A stretch of 32,707 nt of DNA, taken from assembly GCA_030688225.1 (NCBI GenBank), contig JAUYIO010000039.1:1-32707 (forward strand), read 5' to 3'. Below the pieces are notes generated by a model. That model searched no databases and had not been told where the DNA came from. It saw nothing but the letters and a program-made list of their open reading frames with translations. Shown here piece after piece: positions 22,729-32,136 of the stretch. Source of the stretch: Nanobdellota archaeon. GTDB taxonomy: Archaea; Nanobdellota; Nanobdellia; Pacearchaeales; GW2011-AR1. A program made the translations under genes and the position numbers. Each line of letters starts with the position of its first letter. Position 1 is the first letter of the stretch.

Positions 22729-25017
22729 TCAAAATTTTATATTATGCATAGCGATTAAATCCTTTTTATAATCTTCCAATTCTTTCGGAATCTTGATTTT
22801 AATTTCATCTCTTAAACTAATTCCTCTTTCTTTCTTAATCTTCCAAACTTCTGAATTGAAGTTCATAATCTTAGAAAACATTTTCTTATTATTCTTCACA
22901 GTAATTTTTCTTGGCCATTCACAGAGGTGTATACTTTTCTCTTTTTCATTTTTCCTAAAATAATTTTGATAAATTTCTTCTGTAACAAAAGGAGTTATTG
23001 GAGAAATTAATTTCAAAAGAACGAGCAGAGAATTATAAAGAGTAAATAATGCAGATTCCTTTTCCCCCTTAGAACCGTTATAGACTCTCCACTTAACCAT
23101 TTCAAGATAATTACTACAGAAATCATTCCAGAAGAAATTTTCAATTTCTGATTTTGCCCGAGAATATTCATATTTCTCAAAATTCTCTGTTACCGTTTCT
23201 ATTAAGTTATTAATTTCAGATAAGAATAACTCATCAAGGTTGATTAATTTAACTTTTTTTGGTTTATAATTTCTTAAATTCATAAAAATAAACTTAGAAG
23301 CATTAATCAATTTATTCACAAATCTTTTTCCTGCAATTAAATCATTTTCAAGATAATCCAAATCATTTCCTAACTTAGAACCAGAAGCCCAAAATCTCAA
23401 AGCATCTGCACCATATTTTTCTAAAATGTCTTTTGGTTCAACAACGTTTCCTTTTGATTTTGACATTTTTTCTCCACCAAGAGAAACAACCCCTGAAATA
23501 ACAATATCTTTCCAAGGAATTTTACCTTCGTGTAAGTAACCCTTTACAATAGTGTAAAATGCCCAAGTCCTGATTATATCATGAGCATTTGGTCTCAAAG
23601 AGAAAGGAATATTAACTTTATTTCCAAATAAAGATGAAGCTATTTGAGGAGTAAGAGAAGAAGTTGCCCAAGTATCTAAAACTTTTTCTTCAGGTTCTGC
23701 AAGGGAATTGCATTTGGAACATTTCTTTTTTGTTTGTAGAGGATCAACAGGAAGTTCTTTTTCAAGGGGTAAAATAACCTCATTACATTTGCTACATTCC
23801 CAAACAGGAATAGGAATTCCAAAATGCCTCTCACGAGAGATGTTCCAATCCCATTCTAAACCATTCACCCAATTTTCATATCGCTTAAACATGAATTTAG
23901 GATACCAATTAATTTTTTTCCCCAACTCAACAAATTTCTTTTTTTTATCAAGAATTTTAATAAACCATTGCTCTGTTGTGATAAATTCAATCGCAGTCCC
24001 ACATTTATCATGAACATTTACAATATGCTCAATCTCTTTTTGTTCATTAATCAAATCATCTTTTCTCAAATCTTCTAATATTTTTTTTCTTGCTTCTTTA
24101 ACTTTCAATTCAGAATACTTTCCCTCAGAAATTTTGCCTTGTTTGTTTAAAATCAATCTTGGAGTAAGTTTATGCCTATTAATAGCTTCTACATCAAACT
24201 TGTCACCATAAGAACAAATCATCAAAACACCTGTTCCTTTTTCAATTTCAGCTGATTTATCTGCAAGAATTGGAACTTCAAAATTGAATAAAGGAACTTT
24301 TGCCTTTTTCCCAATTATTTTTTTATATCTTTTATCAAGAGGATTAACAAAAACAGCTACGCAAGCGCCAAGCAATTCAGGACGTGTTGTGGCAATTAAC
24401 AAATCCTTTCCATCGCAGGAAAAATTTAATGTTGAAAATAAACTTTTCTCACTTTTATCTTCTAATTCTGCCTGTGCAATTGAGGTCTGACATTCAGGAC
24501 ACCAAATCGTGGGGAATTCTTTTTTATAAATTTCTTTCTTCTTAAAAAGTTCAATAAAAGATTTTTGAGAGATTTTCCTTGAATTATCATCAATAGTTGA
24601 ATAAATTTTTTCAAAATCACAAGACATTCCTAAATCTTTCCAGTCCTGCATAAAATCAGGGGTAATTTTTTTGATAGTTTTAAGGCAAAGTTCAATAAAT
24701 TCTGCTCTTGACATATCTTTACTTTTAACATTGTTTAATTTTTCAACTAACCTCTCTGTTGGAAGTCCATTATCATCTGTTCCAAAAGGATAAAAAATAT
24801 TCTCTTTTTTTTGTGCGGCAAGCATTCTCCTAAATCTTGCAATAAAATCTTGTTGAGAATATGAAAAGGCATGCCCAATATGCATTTTCCCAGAAACTGT
24901 TGGAGGAGGAGTGTCAATAGAATAACCTGTTTTCCTGTTTAAATTAGTTCTAAAAATCTTTTCTTTTTCCCAGAGTTTCTTTAATTTATTTTCAACTTCC
25001 TTAAAGTTATAATCCAT
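22729..25017 (-). CDS. valS: Valyl-tRNA synthetase
   Basis: It has IDTPPPTVSGKMHIGHAFSY (the HIGH region in its archaeal ValRS form), FGTDDNGLPTE, KMSKSKGN and Zn-binding CPEC/CSKC pairs. Confidence 0.88.
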   Translation of the reverse strand: MDYNFKEVENKLKKLWEKEKIFRTNLNRKTGYSIDTPPPTVSGKMHIGHAFSYSQQDFIARFRRMLAAQKKENIFYPFGTDDNGLPTERLVEKLNNVKSKDMSRAEFIELCLKTIKKITPDFMQDWKDLGMSCDFEKIYSTIDDNSRKISQKSFIELFKKKEIYKKEFPTIWCPECQTSIAQAELEDKSEKSLFSTLNFSCDGKDLLIATTRPELLGACVAVFVNPLDKRYKKIIGKKAKVPLFNFEVPILADKSAEIEKGTGVLMICSYGDKFDVEAINRHKLTPRLILNKQGKISEGKYSELKVKEARKKILEDLRKDDLINEQKEIEHIVNVHDKCGTAIEFITTEQWFIKILDKKKKFVELGKKINWYPKFMFKRYENWVNGLEWDWNISRERHFGIPIPVWECSKCNEVILPLEKELPVDPLQTKKKCSKCNSLAEPEEKVLDTWATSSLTPQIASSLFGNKVNIPFSLRPNAHDIIRTWAFYTIVKGYLHEGKIPWKDIVISGVVSLGGEKMSKSKGNVVEPKDILEKYGADALRFWASGSKLGNDLDYLENDLIAGKRFVNKLINASKFIFMNLRNYKPKKVKLINLDELFLSEINNLIETVTENFEKYEYSRAKSEIENFFWNDFCSNYLEMVKWRVYNGSKGEKESALFTLYNSLLVLLKLISPITPFVTEEIYQNYFRKNEKEKSIHLCEWPRKITVKNNKKMFSKIMNFNSEVWKIKKERGISLRDEIKIKIPKELEDYKKDLIAMHNIKF

Positions 25018-25050
25018 TATTCTCTAAAACCCGAAGAAATTTTTAAACCT

Positions 25051-25353
25051 TTACATCAAAACCAAAGCAAACGGAATTCCCTGAATTTCCTTAATTCCTT
25101 CTTGAGAAATAATCTCTGCTTTCAAACCAGCATTCACAGAATTTTCCCCAATAATATTAAACGTAGCATCCTCTACAGACATTTTCTTCATAATTTTAAT
25201 AGTCTCTTCTTCTGAAAATTCTTCTCCTTTGAAAAAATTTTCTTTAACATCTAATTGGAATTTCCCATCTTCAGATTCAAAATTTTTTCCAACAATGTCA
25301 GAATCACAAACAGCAACTACATCTCTATATGATTTATGAATTTTAATAAACAT
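25051..25353 (-). CDS. DUF424-family conserved archaeal protein
   Basis: The sequence is MFIKIHKSYRDVVAVCDSDIVGKNFE.....L.V...FFKGEE, the pattern of DUF424. Confidence 0.65.
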   Translation of the reverse strand: MFIKIHKSYRDVVAVCDSDIVGKNFESEDGKFQLDVKENFFKGEEFSEEETIKIMKKMSVEDATFNIIGENSVNAGLKAEIISQEGIKEIQGIPFALVLM

Positions 25354-25375
25354 AATAAAAAAGAAAAAAAGAAAT

Positions 25376-25570
25376 TTAAAAAGCTTTCTTAGCTTCGCCA
25401 GACTTCATAGCTTTTTCTGCATTTTCTTTAGACATCATAGCACACATAGATGTCCCACAATCAGGACACTTCCCCTTTGCCATGTAGCCTCCTCTTGAAG
25501 TCTGAGTCATCATAGCCTCTTTCATTTTTTGTCCCTTTTTTTTGCATTTGACACAATAAGCTTCAACCAT
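25376..25570 (-). CDS. Small Zn-ribbon protein (DUF5679-like)
   Basis: It has AYCVKCKKK...GKCPDCGTSM. AAGGAGGT lies 5 nt upstream of the ATG. Confidence 0.6.
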   Translation of the reverse strand: MVEAYCVKCKKKGQKMKEAMMTQTSRGGYMAKGKCPDCGTSMCAMMSKENAEKAMKSGEAKKAF

Positions 25571-25627
25571 TTTTAACCTCCTTGAAATATTTAGTAATTT
25601 TCTAAAGAAAATCCCCCTTTTAAAGAT

Positions 25628-26041
25628 TTAGATTTTCCCCCTCACAGAATGTTTAGCACCGCAAGCAAGACAATGAATAAAAGTCAGTCTATTTTCTTTA
25701 ATCAGTTCAGTATCTGGTTTCCCACATTCTTTGCACAAAACAAATTCCTTAACGTATTCTTCAATCTTTTGATTTATTTTTCCAGAAGGAACCTTAATAT
25801 TCAAAACAAGTCTGTCTCCCTCTCTCTGCCCAGAAGCTGCAAGCTCTTTCAACATAAATTTTTGAAAATGTTCAGGATTTCTTCTAATGTGTGATACAAT
25901 CTGAAAAAAATTAGTCAATATTGTTTTCTTCCCTTCAATATGTCCTTCAATCTTAGGAATCTCAAATCTCTGACTACCTTTAACATTCTCAGGTTGTTTA
26001 ATCTCCTTATACGCCTCGTCCAATAATTTTTCATATTCCAT
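25628..26041 (-). CDS. eif2b: Translation initiation factor aIF2 beta subunit
   Basis: The sequence is YEKLLDEAY...RFEIPK...GKKT.LTNF..I...IRR.PEH..KF.LKELA..G, ending in the C-terminal CKECGKPDT...CLACGA zinc ribbon. Confidence 0.9.
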   Translation of the reverse strand: MEYEKLLDEAYKEIKQPENVKGSQRFEIPKIEGHIEGKKTILTNFFQIVSHIRRNPEHFQKFMLKELAASGQREGDRLVLNIKVPSGKINQKIEEYVKEFVLCKECGKPDTELIKENRLTFIHCLACGAKHSVRGKI

Positions 26042-26091
26042 AAAAAAACTTATTTCACTAAGTTTATAAATGTTTTATGTATCAATAGATT

Positions 26092-26277
26092 ATGAAAGAT
26101 AAAAATAAGATTTTATTTTTATTATTCTTCACAATTCTAACTTTAATTAGTGTTTTTAGATTATATTCTCTAAACCAAGATAAGATTCTCCTTGTGGTAA
26201 TTGCATTTTTTAGTCTATTGTTAATCTTAGAAGTTATATCTATTTTTTCAAAGAAAATTCGTAAATTCTTTGATTAG
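26092..26277 (+). CDS. Small 2-TM membrane protein (61 aa), hypothetical
   Basis: It has two hydrophobic segments and no recognisable homology. Confidence 0.35.
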   Translation: MKDKNKILFLLFFTILTLISVFRLYSLNQDKILLVVIAFFSLLLILEVISIFSKKIRKFFD

Positions 26278-26333
26278 AATCTATAAACAAAAATAACAAA
26301 AACCTTTATAATCCTTGACAATTTTATTCAATT

Positions 26334-26870
26334 ATGTCTTTGAAAAATTTAGTTATCGGAATTGCAATAATAATCCTAACAATTTCAGTTGTGGTTTACG
26401 GAGTTAGCACTTTTTACGAAGAACCAAAATATGAAGATTTTTGTGGAGATTATAGAACACAAGAAATAATTGAAACACAAGAAAGATGTGAAGAAATTGG
26501 TGGAATGTGGAATTCTTATGGAGAAATTCCTAAACCTGTCAACGGAGAAACAATTGAAGGATATTGCGACAGAGATTACACTTGCAGACAGGAATATGAA
26601 ACAGCAAATGAAAAATATTCAAGAAATCTTTTCCTGATAACTCTCCCAATTGGAATTGCGATTATTGCTCTCGGCGCAATTGTTTTCGGACTTGAAGCTG
26701 TCGGAGCAGGACTAATGGGTGGAGGAGTCGGAACAATTCTCTGGGGGGTAACTGGTTTTTGGAGATTTGCAGACGACTGGCTTAAATTCATATTATCTTT
26801 AGTAGGATTGATAGTATTAATCTGGCTTGCATATTATTTCAATAGAAAATTTTCTGGGAAAAAAAGATAA
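26334..26870 (+). CDS. Membrane protein with a Cys-containing extracytoplasmic loop (178 aa)
   Basis: It has an N-terminal TM, a loop with 4 Cys and a Gly-rich C-terminal TM region. Confidence 0.5.
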   Translation: MSLKNLVIGIAIIILTISVVVYGVSTFYEEPKYEDFCGDYRTQEIIETQERCEEIGGMWNSYGEIPKPVNGETIEGYCDRDYTCRQEYETANEKYSRNLFLITLPIGIAIIALGAIVFGLEAVGAGLMGGGVGTILWGVTGFWRFADDWLKFILSLVGLIVLIWLAYYFNRKFSGKKR

Positions 26871-27269
26871 TCACCTACTATACATAAGAGATTCTAAAAA
26901 AGTACGAGGAAGTCCATATTTTTCTCTAATAGAATCTAAATTTTCTTCTGTAACTGCCCCCTTCTCTTTCATAATTCCTTCTAAAGATTTTTTCAACTCC
27001 ACAAACCTTTCACATTTTCTCTCATCAAATCCCAAAAGAAGAATTTCAACTTTCCCATTAGTTGCTCCAGACAAATTCATAAATTGTCTGTATAAAACTG
27101 CTCCTTCTCCTTCTGCCTCATATAATTTATTATAAACTGTACTAAAAGGCTCTACATCTTCCTTCATAACTTCCCCTACTAACTTAGAAGAGTGCGTGAT
27201 AATTGTTTCCATTAAAGGAGGCAAAAGAGCATCATCTTCATTGTTATATTCAAAATCAATTTTATACAT
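26871..27269 (-). CDS. Hypothetical protein (132 aa)
   Basis: This is a clean ORF. I recognise no family. Confidence 0.45.
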   Translation of the reverse strand: MYKIDFEYNNEDDALLPPLMETIITHSSKLVGEVMKEDVEPFSTVYNKLYEAEGEGAVLYRQFMNLSGATNGKVEILLLGFDERKCERFVELKKSLEGIMKEKGAVTEENLDSIREKYGLPRTFLESLMYSR

Positions 27270-27322
27270 ACCTAACCCATTAATAAAGTCTATTTAAAAT
27301 TAATTATATCAAGAAATATATA

Positions 27323-27952
27323 TCACCCCAAATATTTCACCATTCCAGGACGAGGTTCAAAAATAATTCCCTCTTCTAAAAATTTCTGAATTTCCTGTTT
27401 AATTATCACAGGAGAAATATCTCTCAAAATCATTACAAGTTTATCAACCTCAATTCCAGAATCTTCTTCAGCGCTTTTTATAGCTCCAAGAATCTTATCT
27501 TTGACAGCAACCATCTGCTCTTTTGCAGGAACTTCTGAATTCTGTCCTTTTTGTTTTTCAATTTCAAGTTTTCTCACAAGAAGATATTTTGGGTCAACAA
27601 TTTTCATAATCTCGGGAGAAATATAAATTTCATTATTCCAATATCTCAAAACACCTATAACAACAAGTGTTTCTCCTTGATTCACCTCTCCAAATATTTC
27701 AACATCATCACCAAAAGCCCTTAATTTTATTTGCCCAGAGCCATCATCAAGAGTAAATGAAGAAAATTTCCTCTCACCTTCCCTTTCAAATTTATCAACA
27801 ATATTCCCGATAACATTCACCCTTACTATATTCTTCCCACTTAATTCCAAAAATAAAAATTTCTCTCCGTTCATGTTCGGCTTCCCTGCGAGGATATCTC
27901 CGATTCTTAATTTGTATGCAACATTTCGTTTGAATTGATTTTCTTCAGGCAT
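27323..27952 (-). CDS. RPA32/Stn1-like OB-fold protein with a C-terminal winged helix
   Basis: The OB-fold pattern is VRVNVIGNIVDK.......FTLDDGSGQIKLRAFGD....VVIGVLRYWNNEIYISPE. The C-terminal region ...ILRDISPVIIKQEIQKFLEEGIIFEPRPG is wH-like. The start overlaps the upstream gene by 8 nt. Confidence 0.6.
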   Translation of the reverse strand: MPEENQFKRNVAYKLRIGDILAGKPNMNGEKFLFLELSGKNIVRVNVIGNIVDKFEREGERKFSSFTLDDGSGQIKLRAFGDDVEIFGEVNQGETLVVIGVLRYWNNEIYISPEIMKIVDPKYLLVRKLEIEKQKGQNSEVPAKEQMVAVKDKILGAIKSAEEDSGIEVDKLVMILRDISPVIIKQEIQKFLEEGIIFEPRPGMVKYLG

Positions 27953-28457
27953 CTGAAATTATTATCTCCATTGTTTTGCTTAATCTTTCGTAATTGTGAA
28001 AAGGAATTTTTAATTTATCTAAAAGATAATCAAATTGCTCATCCACTCTTTTTTGAAATTCGGGTTTTGTTGAGCGCACACCATCATCTACCAAATATCC
28101 TTCCTTAATAGGAATTCTGAAAAGATGTTTATAAGTTTTTATCTTCTCAACAACAAATAATTCTAAAAGACTATTTTCTTCAAAAAGACTTGTGTAATAA
28201 ACATAACCATCTAAAATGCTCCTATCACAAATTAATAGTCTGCATCTATCCTCAAGAACCATTTCATTCACATATTGGTTATACATTATCCATTCCTGAG
28301 TTTGCTTTGTTGCTTGTTCATTTATCGGGAAAGGACAATTCCTCACAGTCTCTCCTAAAAATTCCACATTCAAATTTAATTTTTTTAACTGTGCAACCAA
28401 ATCATGGACAACCACAGTCTTTCCTGTCCCATGTGTTCCAATTAAAGCGACTTTCAT
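27945..28457 (-). CDS. P-loop NTPase (AAA_28/NadR-C-like)
   Basis: The Walker A is MKVALIGTHGTGKT and the Walker-B-like motif is LLICDRS. The start overlaps the MCM stop by 4 nt. Confidence 0.7.
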   Translation of the reverse strand: MKVALIGTHGTGKTVVVHDLVAQLKKLNLNVEFLGETVRNCPFPINEQATKQTQEWIMYNQYVNEMVLEDRCRLLICDRSILDGYVYYTSLFEENSLLELFVVEKIKTYKHLFRIPIKEGYLVDDGVRSTKPEFQKRVDEQFDYLLDKLKIPFHNYERLSKTMEIIISDA

Positions 28458-30502
28458 GTCCTCTGAACATAACCCTTCCTTGGTCTGAAAATATCTCCAG
28501 AAGAGTTTAATTTAATTATTGCATCTTCAATTTCTTCTTTTCCAAGTTTTCCTTCAAGCTCTTTTTCAATTTCTTCCACAGGAATTAATTTTCCAATCTT
28601 ATCTTCAAGCCCGATTATTACTTCTCTTACTGTAATGATTTTATTCCTCTGCGACGTTGCAATCCCTGTTGAAATCCTGTCTATGTCAATTGTCTTGGAT
28701 TCATAATCATAACCAACTTGCATCAAATAATATTTCATTAAATCAATAGATCTTTTTGCATCTTCTTTTGAAACAACATTACTCAGTCTCAACTTTGCAG
28801 ATGCTTCTGACATTCTTATCAAAGCTTGCAATTGCCTTGCAGAAATTGGAATTGGCCTTACAATGCTTTCAGATGCAACAGGTTTATTTCTCAAGTCAAC
28901 ATAAAATCTCTTGATAGTTTCAACAGCTTCATCACTAAGAACAGGTCTTATCCTTTGTTTTGCATAAGCAACATATTTCCTGAAAAGTTCTCTCGGAATT
29001 TTCATTGATTCTCCCTCTCTTTGATGTTCAAACAAAACATGTTCTGCAATTCTTTCATCTTTTGATTTATTCGGCAAATCTCTCAAAGTAAAAATAACAT
29101 CAAAACGATTAATCAATGTTGGAGGCAAATCAATCTGCTGCGCAATTGGTTGATAAGGATCAAATCTTCCAAACTTAGGGTTCGCAGCTGCAAGAACACT
29201 TGTCTCTGCTCTCAAAGTCGCCTGAACATTTGCTTTTGAAACAGTTATTGTTTGCTGCTCCATTGCTTCATGCATCGCACTTCTATCATTAGGATCCATT
29301 TTCTCAAGTTCATCAATGCAAACTAATCCTTTATTTGCAAGAACCATTGCACCTGCTTCCAAGCTCCAACCTCTCAAATATTCATCTCTCACAACCGTCG
29401 CTGTAAGTCCTGCTCCTGATGCAGATTTACCAACAACATATCTTCCTTTTGGAGAAATATTTGCCATGAAATTCAGTGTAACACTCTTTGCAACACCAGG
29501 ATCTCCTATCAACAAAATATGAATGTCTCCTCTACTTTTTTGCCCGTCAGTATGGGTTTTTTTAACCCCACTAAATAATTGCAGAACAAGAGAGCCTTTT
29601 ATTTCTTCATAACCCCAGATACTTGGAGCAATACTACTTGCAAGATTTTCAAAAATATGTGGATCTTTTGACAGTTCAATAATCTTTTTCTCATCTTCGT
29701 CACTTATATCTAATTCTTCAAAAGTTTCTTCCATAGGAATTAAATTATTAACTTCTACTGCAAGTTCAAATCTTGTTGATAAACCACCAGTGCTTAATGG
29801 AACAGGGACTTCTTTCAGAATTCCAATAACTTTTATTCTGCTTCCAGGAGTTGTCTTTTCTTCCATTTTCGGTTCAACCAAATCTTCCTTAACAAAAACA
29901 TTTATTCTCTTTGGCTGTTCTCCACCCGAAAGAGATTCTGGAGATTCTTCAAGAACAAGTCTTTGAGTATCAACCATTTCTTTGCTCAATAATTTAAATC
30001 CTCCTCTTCTACCACAAGAACAACGTGAAGGTTCGTGGAATTTTTTTTCAATCTGCAAAACAGAGATAACAGTTCCGCAACTTGGACATTCAAATTTCGC
30101 ATTCACAACCTGTGGCCTCACATCTGAAGACTGCCTGATTATTCCCTCTATAACAATCATCTCATTCAAATGTTTAGAACGAATATTTCTCACTTTTATT
30201 TCCTGACTTTTTGGAAGATCAAACAATCTAACTCTAACATCTTTCATAAAACCAGACTCTTCAATCGCAAGTTCAATCAATCTTAAAGTTTCTTCAGGGT
30301 GTGAAAGAATTTCATCAGAAAGCCTACTTGAGAATTCTGTAAGTTTCATAAAATCAAGATAAACAACATTCCCTCCTTTACGAATAGACTGCCCTAAATC
30401 TTTTTTATAAAAATCAAAAAAACCCTTCGCCTCTATAATCAGATCCTCCATCTTAGGCCGAATCTGTTTCGCTTCTTTTTTTAACAACCCCTCTTCTGCC
30501 AT
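28454..30502 (-). CDS. mcm: MCM replicative helicase
   Basis: The Zn finger is CPSCG...CSCG. The Walker A is GDPGVAKS and the Walker B is CIDELEKM. The arginine finger region is SVLAAANP. A C-terminal wH is present. Confidence 0.95.
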   Translation of the reverse strand: MAEEGLLKKEAKQIRPKMEDLIIEAKGFFDFYKKDLGQSIRKGGNVVYLDFMKLTEFSSRLSDEILSHPEETLRLIELAIEESGFMKDVRVRLFDLPKSQEIKVRNIRSKHLNEMIVIEGIIRQSSDVRPQVVNAKFECPSCGTVISVLQIEKKFHEPSRCSCGRRGGFKLLSKEMVDTQRLVLEESPESLSGGEQPKRINVFVKEDLVEPKMEEKTTPGSRIKVIGILKEVPVPLSTGGLSTRFELAVEVNNLIPMEETFEELDISDEDEKKIIELSKDPHIFENLASSIAPSIWGYEEIKGSLVLQLFSGVKKTHTDGQKSRGDIHILLIGDPGVAKSVTLNFMANISPKGRYVVGKSASGAGLTATVVRDEYLRGWSLEAGAMVLANKGLVCIDELEKMDPNDRSAMHEAMEQQTITVSKANVQATLRAETSVLAAANPKFGRFDPYQPIAQQIDLPPTLINRFDVIFTLRDLPNKSKDERIAEHVLFEHQREGESMKIPRELFRKYVAYAKQRIRPVLSDEAVETIKRFYVDLRNKPVASESIVRPIPISARQLQALIRMSEASAKLRLSNVVSKEDAKRSIDLMKYYLMQVGYDYESKTIDIDRISTGIATSQRNKIITVREVIIGLEDKIGKLIPVEEIEKELEGKLGKEEIEDAIIKLNSSGDIFRPRKGYVQRT

Positions 30503-30525
30503 ATTTAGAAAATATATAGTTTCTT

Positions 30526-30532
30526 TTTATAA
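30526..30532 (-). promoter_or_regulatory. TATA-like box upstream of mcm
   Basis: On the minus strand, ATTATAAAAA lies about 23 nt upstream of the ATG at 30502. Confidence 0.4.
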
Positions 30533-30603
30533 TTTTATGTTAATTAGAAGATAGGTTTTAGAAAGAAATGATTATAGCAAAGGGGTGAAATTATCTATTT
30601 GAA

Positions 30604-31017
30604 TTATACCAAATCACAAGTATTTTCTACAAAATTTCTCTCAATAACATTCCCTTCTTCATCAAGAATTATTGAAGCTTCTAACATTCCATTTCTTGTG
30701 TTCCATCCAAATATGACTCCAATTTTCATGTCTATTACATAATTTTTGTCTTCTTTATTTATCATATATTCAACCATAAAATTGGCAGTTTTAGAAAAAT
30801 TCTTAACAAGTTTATATTCCTCTATTTTACAAGTAGCACAATGAGAAACAAATGCTTTTTCTTCAATTCTCTCACAATAGTCATTAACTTCTGATTTTAT
30901 TGATTCTAAAATTTTTTCTTCAGACAATCCCTCTTTTAAAGGATTTATAAAAATTATCAAAATTACCAATATAACAGAAAGAATTATTCCTATAATTAAC
31001 TCTTTTTTCATTTTCAC
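30604..31017 (-). CDS. Signal-anchored hypothetical protein (137 aa), translationally coupled to tbp
   Basis: It has an N-terminal TM (LIIGIILSVILVILIIF). The start overlaps the TBP stop by 4 nt. Confidence 0.5.
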   Translation of the reverse strand: MKMKKELIIGIILSVILVILIIFINPLKEGLSEEKILESIKSEVNDYCERIEEKAFVSHCATCKIEEYKLVKNFSKTANFMVEYMINKEDKNYVIDMKIGVIFGWNTRNGMLEASIILDEEGNVIERNFVENTCDLV

Positions 31018-31574
31018 TTCTTATAATTCTTCAAAGCAGCCTTAACATTCTTCAAAAGCTCTGCCATGCTTTCCTCAAGTTGCTGTTTGTTTTTTGTTCC
31101 TGTGCAAACAAGCTTCCCATTGCTGAACAATAAAAAAGTAGCATTAGGTTCTATCAATTTATAAACCAAACCAGGAAACTGCTCTGGCTCATATTCTGTA
31201 TTTTCCATTTCCAAAGCCAAGAAATTCAAATTAAGTTTAAGTTCAATTGTTCCAGAAGCAACAATATTTTGAACAGTGATTTTTGGCTTTGCAGTAACAT
31301 TAACATTTATTTTTCTCAATTGTTTTATCACAGCCTGAATAACTTGTCTTACTTGTTGAACCGATTTTGTCCCTGTGCAGACAAGATTTCCCGAAGAGAA
31401 AACAAGAACAGCTGATTTAGGTTCTTTAATTCTCAAAACCAAACCTGGAAAAGTCTTAGGATTATATTCAGTATTAGGTTGAGTCTTTGCAAGTTTTGTC
31501 AGAGGAACAGGTTTCTCTAAAGAGGCAGTTGCAACAATATTCTGAATTTTATAAGTGCTTTTTCCTGCAGACAT
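31014..31574 (-). CDS. tbp: TATA-box binding protein
   Basis: It has two direct repeats, IQNIVATA...FPGLVLRIKEPKSAVLVFSSGNLVCTG and VQNIVASG...FPGLVYKLIEPNATFLLFSNGKLVCTG. Confidence 0.95.
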   Translation of the reverse strand: MSAGKSTYKIQNIVATASLEKPVPLTKLAKTQPNTEYNPKTFPGLVLRIKEPKSAVLVFSSGNLVCTGTKSVQQVRQVIQAVIKQLRKINVNVTAKPKITVQNIVASGTIELKLNLNFLALEMENTEYEPEQFPGLVYKLIEPNATFLLFSNGKLVCTGTKNKQQLEESMAELLKNVKAALKNYKK

Positions 31575-31595
31575 ATATTATTTAGAAAAATTTCA

Positions 31596-31603
31596 TTTAT
31601 AAA
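31596..31603 (-). promoter_or_regulatory. TATA box (TTTATAAA) of tbp
   Basis: There is a 21-nt spacing to the ATG at 31574. Confidence 0.5.
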
Positions 31604-31666
31604 GGTATTGACGATACTGAATTGAAAAATACAAATCTTTAAATAGGAAAAAATAAGAAAGAATTA

Positions 31667-31858
31667 ATGACATTGTCAGAAGAATTAATAGAATCCTGTA
31701 AAAATATGAAAGGTAAGAGATACATTGATAGACATAACGGAAAAGAATACATAATAATAAGAATTGACATTGGTAAAGGAGAAATGCATGCAGAATATGA
31801 AGGCGGACTCAATGGGAACTTTGGATTAAAATATCATTTGGATGACGAACCTATTTGA
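31667..31858 (+). CDS. Hypothetical small protein (63 aa)
   Basis: This is a clean ORF and resembles the next ORF. Confidence 0.4.
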   Translation: MTLSEELIESCKNMKGKRYIDRHNGKEYIIIRIDIGKGEMHAEYEGGLNGNFGLKYHLDDEPI

Positions 31859-31866
31859 AAAATAAA

Positions 31867-32136
31867 ATGATGAAAACATTGGGACAAACTTTAATTGGAA
31901 GAGAAGCATATTTTGAAAATGGGAGAAAATACAAAATCACAAATGTAATCCCAAATCATCACGGAGATTTAATTGAAGTTAATAATAGGGGAGAAATAAA
32001 ATTATATCGTCTGCATGAGCATCTAAATGATATTATTGTTGAAGAATCCGCCCCTGTGAAAGATTTTACTCAATTAGATAAAACAACAAGAGTAATCCAA
32101 AAAAGATCTAGAGAATATCACATTATGGACAATTAA
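31867..32136 (+). CDS. Hypothetical small protein (about 89 aa), tandem paralogue of 31667-31858
   Basis: The track start at 31855 is TTG. The first ATG is at 31867. The pattern G(K/R).Y.....G(K/R).Y.I ... G(E/D)....... (K/L)YHL(D/N)D is shared with the previous ORF. Confidence 0.4.
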   Translation: MMKTLGQTLIGREAYFENGRKYKITNVIPNHHGDLIEVNNRGEIKLYRLHEHLNDIIVEESAPVKDFTQLDKTTRVIQKRSREYHIMDN

